Source: an uncultured Dehalococcoidia bacterium (GTDB lineage Bacteria > Chloroflexota > Dehalococcoidia > SZUA-161). From it: a DNA stretch of 40,510 bases. This document shows positions 17,766-26,756 of the stretch, piece after piece. How positions within the stretch are numbered: the stretch's first letter is position 1; each line of letters opens with the position of its first letter. The notes below the pieces were generated by a model. It saw nothing but the letters and a program-made list of their open reading frames with translations. It was not told the origin of the DNA and searched no databases. The position numbers and the translations under genes are program-made. The stretch covers positions 1 to 40,510 of the forward strand of contig CAYGWR010000003.1 of assembly GCA_964353645.1 (NCBI GenBank), written 5' to 3'.

Positions 17766-19397
17766 ATGGCGGGGCAATACGATGTCATAATAATAGGCAC
17801 AGGCCCTAATGGGCTGGAGATCGGCGCCTATCTGAGCAAAGCAGGCCAGAAGGTTTTATTGCTAGAGAAGAGGTATGAAGCAGGAGGAGGGCTAGCCACA
17901 GAGCAGATAACCCTTCCCGATTTCTTCCACAATACACACGCTATATTCCACATGATGGTAGATTACGCTCCGATTTATCAGGACTTCAAGCTAGAAGAGC
18001 AGTACGGTGTCAGGCATATCTTCCCCGAACTCCAGTGGGCAATGCCTCTACCCGACGGCAAATGCATCTGCGTTTACAAGGACCCGGAGAAGACCTGCGC
18101 CTCGATTGCCAAATTCTCTAAAAAGGATTCTGATGCCTATCGCGATTTCTATCGCGAGTGCGACGAACTAATGAGAGAGGTTGTCGGGCCCCAGACTTTC
18201 GTGAAGCCCGAACCGGCCCCCCTCATGGCCGCACGGGCAGCATCATCTAAGCTCGGAAGCAAGCTCACGGAATTCGCAGAAAAAACCCCTGATGAGGTGA
18301 TCAGGGAGAAGTTTGAAAACGAACACGTTCGAACTCTCATGCTCTACGGGGTCTGTCATTGGGGCTTGGACTACAGCCAGTCAGGCGTGGGGTATCTTAT
18401 TCCCCTCTACTTCAATCGGATGGCCAATTATCGACTGACGGCAGGCGGGTCTCACCGAGTTTCAAATGCCTTGCTCAAGGTAATCTTCGAACACAAGGGG
18501 CAGATCAGGCAGAGCGCCCAGATCAAGAGGATTATCGTAGAGAATGGGACAGCCAAAGGTGTAGAACTGGAGGACGGCACCAAGTTCATGGCCAATAAGG
18601 CGGTGGTCAGCACCATAGACATACACCAGACTTTCCTCAAATACGTTGGTGAGGACAAGCTGCAGAAGGACTTCGTGGACATGGTCAAAATCTGGCAATG
18701 GGAGAAATGGAGCCTGTGCGACCTGCACCTGGCTCTGGAGGAACCTCCCAAGTTCAAAGCGGCTGAATCAAATCCTGATGTTAATAAGGCTTTTATGTAT
18801 GTTCTGGGGTACGAAAACTCAACTGAATTGAAACATGAATGGGATTTAATGGAGAAAGGCGAGCTGCCCAAGACTGCCGGCTATATTGCCAGCTTCCCTA
18901 GCGTTCATGACCCTTACCAGGCCCCTCCGGGGAAAGCCTCGGGTCTGCTTTCCCAGATGGCACCTTTCTCCCTGAAGGATGGCGGATCCGAGAAATGGTT
19001 GAAGTACAAGTTCCGGGAGCAGATTGCCGAGTACCAGTTGGCTACACTGCAGAAATATGCTCCTAACATTACGAGAGACAAGGTGCTCTGGTGGAACATA
19101 ACCACTCCTGCCGACATTCAAAACAAGTTCGCCAATATGGTTAGAGGGTCCTATAAGCAGGGGCAATACCATCCCTTGCAGATGGGATACCTGAGGCCCA
19201 ACCAGGAGTGCTCACACAATGTTACACCGATAAAGAACCTGTTTGTGGGTGGGGCAGGTGTCTGGCCTGGGGGTGGCGTAATCTGGGGGCCCGGTTACAA
19301 CTGTGCTAACACAGTTGCCGAGGAATGCGGAATACAGAAATGGTGGAAAGAGCCGGAGTTGGTCACTAAATCTCGCCAAAATGGCTACATTCTGTAA
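17766..19397 (+). CDS. NAD(P)/FAD-dependent oxidoreductase, COG1233, copy 6 (paralog of copy 2)
   Basis: YDVIIIGTGPNG, EKRYEAGGGL, HMMVDY, RPNQECS, TPIKNLFVGG...PGGGV. AAGGAGG RBS. Confidence 0.92.
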   Translation: MAGQYDVIIIGTGPNGLEIGAYLSKAGQKVLLLEKRYEAGGGLATEQITLPDFFHNTHAIFHMMVDYAPIYQDFKLEEQYGVRHIFPELQWAMPLPDGKCICVYKDPEKTCASIAKFSKKDSDAYRDFYRECDELMREVVGPQTFVKPEPAPLMAARAASSKLGSKLTEFAEKTPDEVIREKFENEHVRTLMLYGVCHWGLDYSQSGVGYLIPLYFNRMANYRLTAGGSHRVSNALLKVIFEHKGQIRQSAQIKRIIVENGTAKGVELEDGTKFMANKAVVSTIDIHQTFLKYVGEDKLQKDFVDMVKIWQWEKWSLCDLHLALEEPPKFKAAESNPDVNKAFMYVLGYENSTELKHEWDLMEKGELPKTAGYIASFPSVHDPYQAPPGKASGLLSQMAPFSLKDGGSEKWLKYKFREQIAEYQLATLQKYAPNITRDKVLWWNITTPADIQNKFANMVRGSYKQGQYHPLQMGYLRPNQECSHNVTPIKNLFVGGAGVWPGGGVIWGPGYNCANTVAEECGIQKWWKEPELVTKSRQNGYIL

Positions 19398-19459
19398 GAT
19401 GCTTATTATTTAGGCGAGTAAGAAAAAAGGGATACACATACAGTACAGTCAAAGGGGGT

Positions 19460-19720
19460 TTGTTCAACATGTTAATGAGGTCAACAGGGCTGGGCAAGAC
19501 CCAGCTCACTGGGTCTATCAGCGATATAAAGCGTCAGGGAGACTACCTGATAATGTATGTAGACGTTGTTGATCCCGTAAAATGGAAGCTTAGGGTCGGC
19601 GTAAGCCACCGTGACATGACCAAGGTTATAAAGAGTTGCGCCAAACGTCCCGTCATTTCGTTCATATTGTCTCCCGCTCAAATGCGTAAGAAGAATCCAA
19701 ATCCTCCCGGCGATTTCTAA
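19460..19720 (+). CDS. Small basic hypothetical protein (about 83-86 aa)
   Basis: Fills the gap between two flavoprotein genes on the same strand. AAAGGGGG upstream. Plausible beta-rich sequence RSTGLGKTQL...DYLIMYVDVVDPVKWKLRV. Start is TTG 19460 or ATG 19469. Confidence 0.75.
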   Translation: MFNMLMRSTGLGKTQLTGSISDIKRQGDYLIMYVDVVDPVKWKLRVGVSHRDMTKVIKSCAKRPVISFILSPAQMRKKNPNPPGDF

Positions 19721-19787
19721 TTGGGTTTGTTGTCACACTTATCCTAATGTTGGGATTAGCCAAGCAGGCGAAGGGAAGGTGGCTATC

Positions 19788-21263
19788 ATGACGAGGTCTG
19801 AGTATGATGTGATCGTGGTCGGAGCAGGGTTCGGTGGCAGCTCTTGCGCCGCCCTGCTGGCAAAGCGAGGGCTCAAGGTATTGCTGCTGGAAAAGAACTC
19901 CCGCGCTGGCGGTAAGGCTATGTCGCTCTCTAAAAAGGGATTTACCTATACAGCCTGGGTTGTGATCAGCGCGCCTACCCAAGGCACTTTGCTTGAGGTT
20001 GTGCTTAAGGAATTGGGTATGGAGGGCAAAGCGGAAATTGTAGCGCCTGGCGTACAGGGCACCCGATTTAAGAACTCCAAGGGCAAGTTTGTGGTGGGAC
20101 CGCAGCCGCCACCGGGACAGGTAATGAACCCTGATGATATGTTCGATTGGCTCGAGGTAGGAGCGAAGGACAGAGAGGAAGCCCTGAAACTCTTCACCGA
20201 GCTGACAATGATGACCCCGCAGGAAATAGACACTCTGCATGATATCAGCTTCGCCGATTGGCTCGGCCGCTATAACGTACACAAATCCTTATACGCTTTC
20301 CTCATTGGTCCTGTGGCCGACGGCTGTTTTATGGTACCCGTCGATGCTCTGGCTGCCTCGGAGGCGATAAAGACCCTGCAGGACATCTTCCTACGCAGCG
20401 GAGGTACTTTCTGCAAGGGTGGATTCGGCAAGCTGGCCGATGCCTACGCCCAGGCGGTAGAAGCTAACGGAGGCAAGGTTATCATGCGCGCCCGAGTGGA
20501 GAAGATAGTAGTTGAAAATGGAAAAACCGCCGGAGTAGTAACCGACAAGGGTGCCTTCTGGGCTTCCATCGTTGTAAGCAACGCGGGCATCCAGCCCACC
20601 GTACTTAAACTGGTGGGAGAAGAGCACTTCGACAAGAGCTATGTAAATTATGTCAAGGAATTGGTCCCATCCTGGGGGATGATGGGCACACGTTACTTCT
20701 TGAATAAAAAGGTGGTCACCGAACCTTATGGAGTGATATTCACCACCGACAGCCCCTGGAGTCTGGAGAAATGGCTCAAAGCCAAGGCCGGCGACATCCC
20801 CGATGAGGTGACCGTCTGGTATGAGATTCCCTCCAATTACGATAGCAACGCAGCCCCGGCAGGGAAGCAGATGCTTATGACAGGTTTCTGGTGTCCTGCC
20901 GACCCGCAGATGACAGATAAAGAGAAGAAGAGATGGTGGGATAAGGGTGAAGAGATGCTGTTCAAGGCCCTCCCCAACCTGCCGAAGTACATCGAATTCA
21001 AAGAGGGATACTCCACGCGAGACGTCTCTGCTCTCACTCGCGACCAGGTGCTGCCAGGGCAGGGCGGAGAGTGCATTGGGCTGGGACAGGTTGTTGGCCA
21101 GTGTGGCAAGTATAAGCCCTCAGCCAAGTCACCAATACAGGGATTATTCTATGTCGGCTGTGATGCCGGCGGCTATGGAGTCGGCATCCATCAGGCAGTG
21201 GACTCAGGCATCAATGTTGCCAACATAGTGCTTAAGTACCACCTTATGCATAAGTCAATGTAA
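19788..21263 (+). CDS. NAD(P)/FAD-dependent oxidoreductase, COG1233, copy 7 (paralog of copy 5)
   Basis: YDVIVVGAGFGG. Shares AGIQPTVLKLVG.EHFDKSYVNYV and LPGQGGEC.GL.Q..GQCGKYKPS with 14681..16153. Start is GTG 19779 or ATG 19788. Confidence 0.92.
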   Translation: MTRSEYDVIVVGAGFGGSSCAALLAKRGLKVLLLEKNSRAGGKAMSLSKKGFTYTAWVVISAPTQGTLLEVVLKELGMEGKAEIVAPGVQGTRFKNSKGKFVVGPQPPPGQVMNPDDMFDWLEVGAKDREEALKLFTELTMMTPQEIDTLHDISFADWLGRYNVHKSLYAFLIGPVADGCFMVPVDALAASEAIKTLQDIFLRSGGTFCKGGFGKLADAYAQAVEANGGKVIMRARVEKIVVENGKTAGVVTDKGAFWASIVVSNAGIQPTVLKLVGEEHFDKSYVNYVKELVPSWGMMGTRYFLNKKVVTEPYGVIFTTDSPWSLEKWLKAKAGDIPDEVTVWYEIPSNYDSNAAPAGKQMLMTGFWCPADPQMTDKEKKRWWDKGEEMLFKALPNLPKYIEFKEGYSTRDVSALTRDQVLPGQGGECIGLGQVVGQCGKYKPSAKSPIQGLFYVGCDAGGYGVGIHQAVDSGINVANIVLKYHLMHKSM

Positions 21264-21287
21264 TGACACACTTTAAAGGAAGTCTGA

Positions 21288-21827
21288 ATGACCGTAGATT
21301 ACGAGAAAAAGGGTCACATTCGCATCATGAGATTAATAATCCTGAGAAGCGGAACGCCTTGACCACCAAGGATTTTCTAAGGGTGGCGTAGATAGACGAG
21401 GAGTTTCAGGCCGACCCCGATGCCTGGGTTCTTATCATGACCGGCGCCGGAGATAGGTCGTTCTGCGCCGGTGCAAACCTCGAGGAGGCTATCGGCAAGG
21501 CAACCAGCGCAGAGGTCAAGCTGGAGCCCAGAGCCAAGCGGTGGTTCAGCCACTGCTACAAGCCGATTATCGCTGCTGTCAACGGCTATGTTGTGGCCGG
21601 GGGCGTTGATGCCTACAGCCATGAAGGTAGCAGAGCGCATCTGTGAAAATGGTCCTCTCGCGGTGAGGCTAGTCAAGGAAATAGTCCTGAAGGCGATCAG
21701 CCAGCCCAGGGAGCTGGGATTCATAACAGAGATGGAGGTAGGAGGAAAAGCATTTGAGTCCGAGGATGCCGAGGAGGGGCCTTTAGCGTTCTTCGAGAAG
21801 CGCAAGTCCCAATTTAAGGGACGTTAA
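21288..21827 (+). pseudogene. Disrupted enoyl-CoA hydratase (crotonase family, EchA19-like)
   Basis: MTVDYEKKGHIRIM, frameshift near 21331, INNPEKRNAL, in-frame TAG at 21389, TGAGDRSFCAGANL...KPIIAAVNGYVVAGG, then a jump with frameshift near 21605 directly to LMPTAMKVAERICENGPLAV...EDAEEGPLAFFEKRKSQFKGR. The catalytic core is missing. Confidence 0.9.
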
Positions 21828-21879
21828 CAAGGCCCAAGGGGGAAGTTGGATTGACAGCAGAACAGAAAAGGAGTCACAT

Positions 21880-23025
21880 ATGGTTGAAAAAGTAGGTATC
21901 GTAGCAGTAGGGCAGACAAAGTATCACCCAAATAGGACAGATGTGAACGAAGAGGAACTGGCATATGAGGCAGTGAAACAGGTGCTGGAGGCTACAGGGC
22001 TCACCCTGTCCGACTTCGATGCCGCCGTGTCCTGTTCCCAGGATTTCTGGGACGGCAGAACGATATCGAACATGAATATTCAACACGTTGTGGGCGCTCA
22101 CCTGAGCGACGAGGATAAAGTCTGTGAGGACGGTATCAATGCTGTTTATGCGGGAATGGCGAGGATTCTATCGGGGCACCATAAACTTGTCCTGGTTGTG
22201 GCACATACGAAGGAATCTCAAGCCGAAAAGAGTTTGGTCGAGAATGCTGCATTTGACCCTATTCTCAGCAGACAGCTAGGCTTGGACTTCCTTTCGGCTG
22301 CTGCCATGCAGGCAAAGCGCTACATGTACAAATATGGAATAACCCCGGAACAATGCGCTAAGGTAGCAGTGAAAAACCGCGGCAATGCTAAAAAGAATCC
22401 TCTTGCCCAAGCGCCTCTGGATATCACAGTGGAGGATGTCCTGAGCTCTAAAATATTGTCATCTCCCATCAGACTTCTGGATGCCAAGCCTATTTCGGAC
22501 GGTGCCTGCGCCATGATTTTAACCACAGAGGAAAAGGCCAAAAAGCTTACTAAGAAACCAGTCTGGATATTGGGAGCGTCAAGCTGCTACGACACACATT
22601 ATCTGGGGGATAGAGATTTGGCAGAATGCGAAGCCCTCGTCAAAGCAGCCAAGAAAGCATACAGTATGGCTGGTATCAGAAACCCTATGAAAGAGATAGA
22701 TGTCGCTGAAATATCCGAAGAATACTCATATCAGGAGCTTCTCTGGCTGGAAGGGCTTGGTTTCTGCGGCCGGGGTGAGGCAGGAAAACTTATTGATTCC
22801 GGTGTGACCAAGATAAATGGCAAGCTGCCGGTAAATCCCTCCGGCGGTGTGCTCTCCGGCAACCCAATTTGTGTGGCAGGGATGGCGCGCGTAGCCGAGG
22901 CAGTGCTACAGCTTCGCGGAGAAGCAGGAGATAGACAAGTAAAGAATGCCCACGTGGCTCTTGCCCACGGGGTAACTGGAATTTGCGGACAGCATCATGG
23001 TGTGATGATTCTCGGTAGCAGATAG
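21880..23025 (+). CDS. SCP2/thiolase-like protein (Ltp4-like, no catalytic Cys)
   Basis: GIVAVGQT, SQDFWDGR, PISDGACA, DVAEI, VNPSGGVL. The thiolase Cys position falls in VCEDGINA and is Gly. Confidence 0.88.
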   Translation: MVEKVGIVAVGQTKYHPNRTDVNEEELAYEAVKQVLEATGLTLSDFDAAVSCSQDFWDGRTISNMNIQHVVGAHLSDEDKVCEDGINAVYAGMARILSGHHKLVLVVAHTKESQAEKSLVENAAFDPILSRQLGLDFLSAAAMQAKRYMYKYGITPEQCAKVAVKNRGNAKKNPLAQAPLDITVEDVLSSKILSSPIRLLDAKPISDGACAMILTTEEKAKKLTKKPVWILGASSCYDTHYLGDRDLAECEALVKAAKKAYSMAGIRNPMKEIDVAEISEEYSYQELLWLEGLGFCGRGEAGKLIDSGVTKINGKLPVNPSGGVLSGNPICVAGMARVAEAVLQLRGEAGDRQVKNAHVALAHGVTGICGQHHGVMILGSR

Positions 23026-23040
23026 TTGGAGGAGAAAAAC

Positions 23041-24210
23041 ATGCCAAATAGAGTAGCGATAGTGGGAATCGGACAAACACATCACACAAGCAAGCGGCCC
23101 GATGTCAACCAGGCAGAGATGGTGAGAGAGGCTGTGATAGCAGCCCTGACCGATGCTCAGATAAGCATCAAGGACATCGAGGCTGTGTTCATGGCCAATA
23201 TGGAGACCTTCGAGGCTATCTATCTTCCAGATCATGGGATGGCTGCCGAAGTGGGTTTCTTCGGAAAGCCCGGATTGAAAGTGGGTACAGGGGGCACCAG
23301 CGGCGCTTCGGTGGTAGCGGAGGGCTTCTACTTCGTCGCCTCAGGCCTATATGACGTGGCTCTCGTCATCGGTTTTGAAAAGCAAGATTGCGGGGATACG
23401 ACTGCTGCCATCACGGCTGCTGCTACCCCGGTGTGGGGCAAAGGCGCAACTACAGGTGCAATTGGAGAGTTCGCCAAGCAGGCGCTATCCTATATGAAAA
23501 CATCAGGAGCTAAAGAGGAACACGCTGCCATGGTTCGCCTTAAGGCGGACAGGAATGCCTGCAGAAATCCCTACGCTCACCTAAAGCTGGGGCTAAAGAG
23601 CATTGAAGAGGTGTTTAAGTCGCCATACCTAGTCTGGCCGCTCAGATTTCTGGACTTCTGCCCTCAATCATGCGGTGCCTGCGCGCTCGTCTTCGCCTCA
23701 GAGAAGAGAGCAAAGAAAATCACAAGGAAGCCGGTCTGGATTGCCGATATGGAGACCGTACATCAAGAGGTCTTCCGCGCGGGGGTATTTGGCGACCCCA
23801 CAGGCAAGGAGACTTACACCCAGCATGTGGCTTGTGAAAGGCTTTACAAGCGAAATGGCATAACCAAGCCTCGCAGAGATATCGACATGGCTGAGATATA
23901 CGAGCCATCGAATTGGGAGGAGATGAATCTCTATGAGCACTTCCACTTCTGTGGCAAGAACGAGGGTTGGAAGCTGATAGAGAAGGGCATAACCGAAATA
24001 GAAGGCGAGTTTCCGGTAAATCCCTCCGGCGGCGTGATAGCGACGAATCCTATTGGAGCTTCACCCACCATCCGCGTTGCTGAGGCTGCTCTCCAAATAC
24101 GAGGAGATGGCGGCGAACGCCAGGTGACCAGAGATGTTAAGACTGCTTTAGCCAGCGCGCTGGGCGGTCCTAACTGGACCGTGCTGACTTTGCTAAAGAG
24201 GTCGCTGTAG
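23041..24210 (+). CDS. SCP2/thiolase-like protein (Ltp3-like aldolase candidate)
   Basis: VAIVGIGQT...KRPDV, GKPGLKVGTGGTSG, FEKQ, AEIYEP, VNPSGGVIATNPIGA. ATG at 23041 after GGAGGAG. Confidence 0.88.
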   Translation: MPNRVAIVGIGQTHHTSKRPDVNQAEMVREAVIAALTDAQISIKDIEAVFMANMETFEAIYLPDHGMAAEVGFFGKPGLKVGTGGTSGASVVAEGFYFVASGLYDVALVIGFEKQDCGDTTAAITAAATPVWGKGATTGAIGEFAKQALSYMKTSGAKEEHAAMVRLKADRNACRNPYAHLKLGLKSIEEVFKSPYLVWPLRFLDFCPQSCGACALVFASEKRAKKITRKPVWIADMETVHQEVFRAGVFGDPTGKETYTQHVACERLYKRNGITKPRRDIDMAEIYEPSNWEEMNLYEHFHFCGKNEGWKLIEKGITEIEGEFPVNPSGGVIATNPIGASPTIRVAEAALQIRGDGGERQVTRDVKTALASALGGPNWTVLTLLKRSL

Positions 24211-24221
24211 GAGGCATATAG

Positions 24222-24746
24222 ATGGCTAAAAGAACTGTGAAGAAAACCCCTGAGGTAACCGCTAAAGAGCAACCGAACCCAGAGTATATCCGGATAAAGT
24301 TTGACCTGCCCAGGCGATACAACTGGTCAACCGGCAAGCACCTGGGCCATTTCTACGCAGAGGCTAAAGAGAACAAAAAGATAGTGGCCAATCGATGTCC
24401 CAAATGCAAGGAGATATGGTTGCCCCCGACTCCGGTCTGCCCCAAGTGCAAAGTAGATATGGGCTGGGATTGGGTGGAGCTGCCCCAGACAGGGACGGTA
24501 TTTCAGTACACTTACCTTGTCTTCCCTCTCTGGGACCCGCACTACGGCGAGAAGTGGGCTAATCCCTATGCCAGCGCCATGATCGAGCTTGATAACGGGT
24601 TCTTCTACAGACACGCGCTCGAAGAGCAAGACAAAGAGAAGCTGAGAGAGGGAATGCGAGTAAAAGCTGTGTGGAAAGAGGATTACAATGAGCGCGGGCA
24701 GGGGCCTGGAGACATCCTGTACTTCAAAGAGATCGGGAAGGAATAG
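24222..24746 (+). CDS. DUF35 Zn-ribbon/OB-fold protein
   Basis: RCPKC...PP..VCPKC, GTVFQYT, LREGMRVKAVW. Confidence 0.9.
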   Translation: MAKRTVKKTPEVTAKEQPNPEYIRIKFDLPRRYNWSTGKHLGHFYAEAKENKKIVANRCPKCKEIWLPPTPVCPKCKVDMGWDWVELPQTGTVFQYTYLVFPLWDPHYGEKWANPYASAMIELDNGFFYRHALEEQDKEKLREGMRVKAVWKEDYNERGQGPGDILYFKEIGKE

Positions 24747-24758
24747 GAGGTAACAGAA

Positions 24759-25229
24759 ATGTCGACAGTTACTGAGAAGCTGGAAGGAATGGATGTCTGG
24801 ATTTATCACGGGCAGATATATATCCCGAATGCCTACGCTGCCGGTGGCGTGGGGAGCCAATTCCTCATCGCACTGAGAGATAAGAAAAAGATTATGGGCA
24901 CGAGATGCCCCACTTGCAATCGTGTCTATGCACCTGCCAGGTCGGTCTGCAAAGATTGCTTCGGTCAGTTGGATGAATGGGTGGAGGTGAGTAACAAGGG
25001 CACTGTGCTTACTTACACTGTTTGCCACCAGCCAAATCGCGTGCAGCCAATGGAACCTCCTATTGTCTACGGGATAATCCAACTGGATGGTGCAGACACA
25101 GGTTTCGTCCATATGCTGGGTGAGGTTGACCCCGAGCAACTAAGGGTCGGCATGAGGGTTCAAGCAGTTTTCAAGGAGAAGCGTGAGGCCAGCATTCTGG
25201 ATATTAAATACTTTAAACCGCTGGCTTGA
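24759..25229 (+). CDS. DUF35 Zn-ribbon/OB-fold protein
   Basis: RCPTC..VYAP...CKDC, GTVLTYT, IQLDGAD, GMRVQAVF, DIKYF. Confidence 0.92.
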   Translation: MSTVTEKLEGMDVWIYHGQIYIPNAYAAGGVGSQFLIALRDKKKIMGTRCPTCNRVYAPARSVCKDCFGQLDEWVEVSNKGTVLTYTVCHQPNRVQPMEPPIVYGIIQLDGADTGFVHMLGEVDPEQLRVGMRVQAVFKEKREASILDIKYFKPLA

Positions 25230-25266
25230 TGAGTCTCCGGTAATCACAAGTCATTTGAGGTCTTTA

Positions 25267-26742
25267 TTGAATTCGCGAAATGGAGGCGACCTGCAGGCAT
25301 TCTTCCAGCCCGCCGGCGTTGCAGTTATCGGCTCGCTAAGGGAGGTAATGGGGACAGCCTATGGAGTGATAAAAAATATGCGCCGCTTCGGATTCTCCGG
25401 TGCCATATATCCCATTAATCCCGACCCTTCGAAATATGGAGAGGTCTTTGGCTCAAAGGTCTACTCCCATATAAATGAGGTGGCACAGCTCATAGACCTA
25501 GCTGTTGTGATCACACCCCCACCAACAGTGCCGGAGATCGTCGAGCAATGCGCGAGGAAAGGAGTGAAGGCCGTCATTATCCTATCCGAGGGTTTTGCAG
25601 AGTCGGGTAAGGAAGGTGCTGCACTACAGATAAAACTCGCAGATACCGTTCGCCGCACAGGTGTCCGCATCATGGGGCCGAATACGTTTGGCGTTGTTAA
25701 CGCAGCCAACGGCCTGGTAACGGTTCCGCCCTATACAGACAATGACAAGATCGAAAGGGGTGGCATAGCTTTTTGCAGCCAGACCGGCTCTATCGGTCCC
25801 CACCAGGTTCCTCTGGATGACTGGGCCTACCCTATTAGCAAGATGTGCGACCTCGGCAACAAGTGCGATGTAGATGAAGTTGACATCCTGAATTACCTGG
25901 TAGATGACCCGGAGACAAAAGTGGTCGCCGTGCACACGGAGGACGTGAGGAATGGGCCTGGGTTCATGAAGGCAGCCCGCAGGCTGGTTGCACACAAACC
26001 GCTGGTAGTTTTGAAAGCAGGGCGGAGTGAGGCGGGAGCAAGAGCTACAGCCTCTCACACCGGCTCGCTGATGGGGAGCGACCAAATCTACGACGCTGCT
26101 TTAAGACAAGTCGGTGCAATCCGTGTTGATACCTGGCAGGAGCTGTGGGAAGTCCCGAGAACTCTCCTATATCAGCCTCTGCCGGCAGGCAACCGGTTCG
26201 CTGTTGTCACTTTCACCGGTGGGCAAGGGGCGATAGCGGCTGATGCAGCGTCAGCCGCAGGGCTGGCTGTGACTAATTTCTCGTCAGACACAGTTCGCAA
26301 GCTATCAATGGTTTTCCCCAGACTAGGAGGCAATCCGGTCGACATAGGGCCAGTTATGTCTGACTCACGAAGCCAGAGCTCATCCAATCCTTTCTACGCC
26401 CTTGAACAAATAATCCCCCTCGTGTTGGGTGATGCCAATGTCGATTGTGCCACTATCACCTTTAGCTGTGGCAAGCAGCTTGTTTCTCTATATCCAATGG
26501 TTGTGGACATGCTTCACAGGTTGACAAAAGATTTCTCGAAGACAGTGAACATATGGCTCTACGGAACCAGTTTGTCCGCCATGCAGGAGATGGCGCGCCA
26601 GCTACAAGCAAGGGGATTGCCAGCTTATTTCGACCTAGATATTGCCATTAAGTCACTTGGTTACGCCGCTTATTACTCGAGGGCCAAATCAAGCTTGCAA
26701 GACTGGGAGAATTCAAAGAGGAAAATTGAAAACTGTAATTGA
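25267..26742 (+). CDS. ADP-forming acyl-CoA synthetase alpha subunit (CoA-binding; AcdA-like)
   Basis: FFQPAGVAVIG, IYPINP, SEGFAESG, GPNTFG, SQTG, GNKCDV, phospho-His motif ASHTGSL, NPVDI. No ATP-grasp domain. Start moved to TTG 25267 after GAGGT. Confidence 0.9.
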   Translation: MNSRNGGDLQAFFQPAGVAVIGSLREVMGTAYGVIKNMRRFGFSGAIYPINPDPSKYGEVFGSKVYSHINEVAQLIDLAVVITPPPTVPEIVEQCARKGVKAVIILSEGFAESGKEGAALQIKLADTVRRTGVRIMGPNTFGVVNAANGLVTVPPYTDNDKIERGGIAFCSQTGSIGPHQVPLDDWAYPISKMCDLGNKCDVDEVDILNYLVDDPETKVVAVHTEDVRNGPGFMKAARRLVAHKPLVVLKAGRSEAGARATASHTGSLMGSDQIYDAALRQVGAIRVDTWQELWEVPRTLLYQPLPAGNRFAVVTFTGGQGAIAADAASAAGLAVTNFSSDTVRKLSMVFPRLGGNPVDIGPVMSDSRSQSSSNPFYALEQIIPLVLGDANVDCATITFSCGKQLVSLYPMVVDMLHRLTKDFSKTVNIWLYGTSLSAMQEMARQLQARGLPAYFDLDIAIKSLGYAAYYSRAKSSLQDWENSKRKIENCN

Positions 26743-26756
26743 CCAGGAGGTCACGA

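Noticed and set aside
3484-21263. Carotenoid biosynthesis cluster (crtI/crtN)
   Set aside because: No phytoene synthase, prenyltransferase or cyclase; the context is CoA-dependent catabolism.
21389-21391. Pyrrolysine or readthrough at the in-frame TAG
   Set aside because: The same gene also has frameshifts and a large deletion, so it is a pseudogene; no pyl genes were seen.
25183-25266. ORF-track start of the first ligase, overlapping the DUF35 gene
   Set aside because: A better RBS and TTG lie at 25267, and the upstream residues are not family-like.
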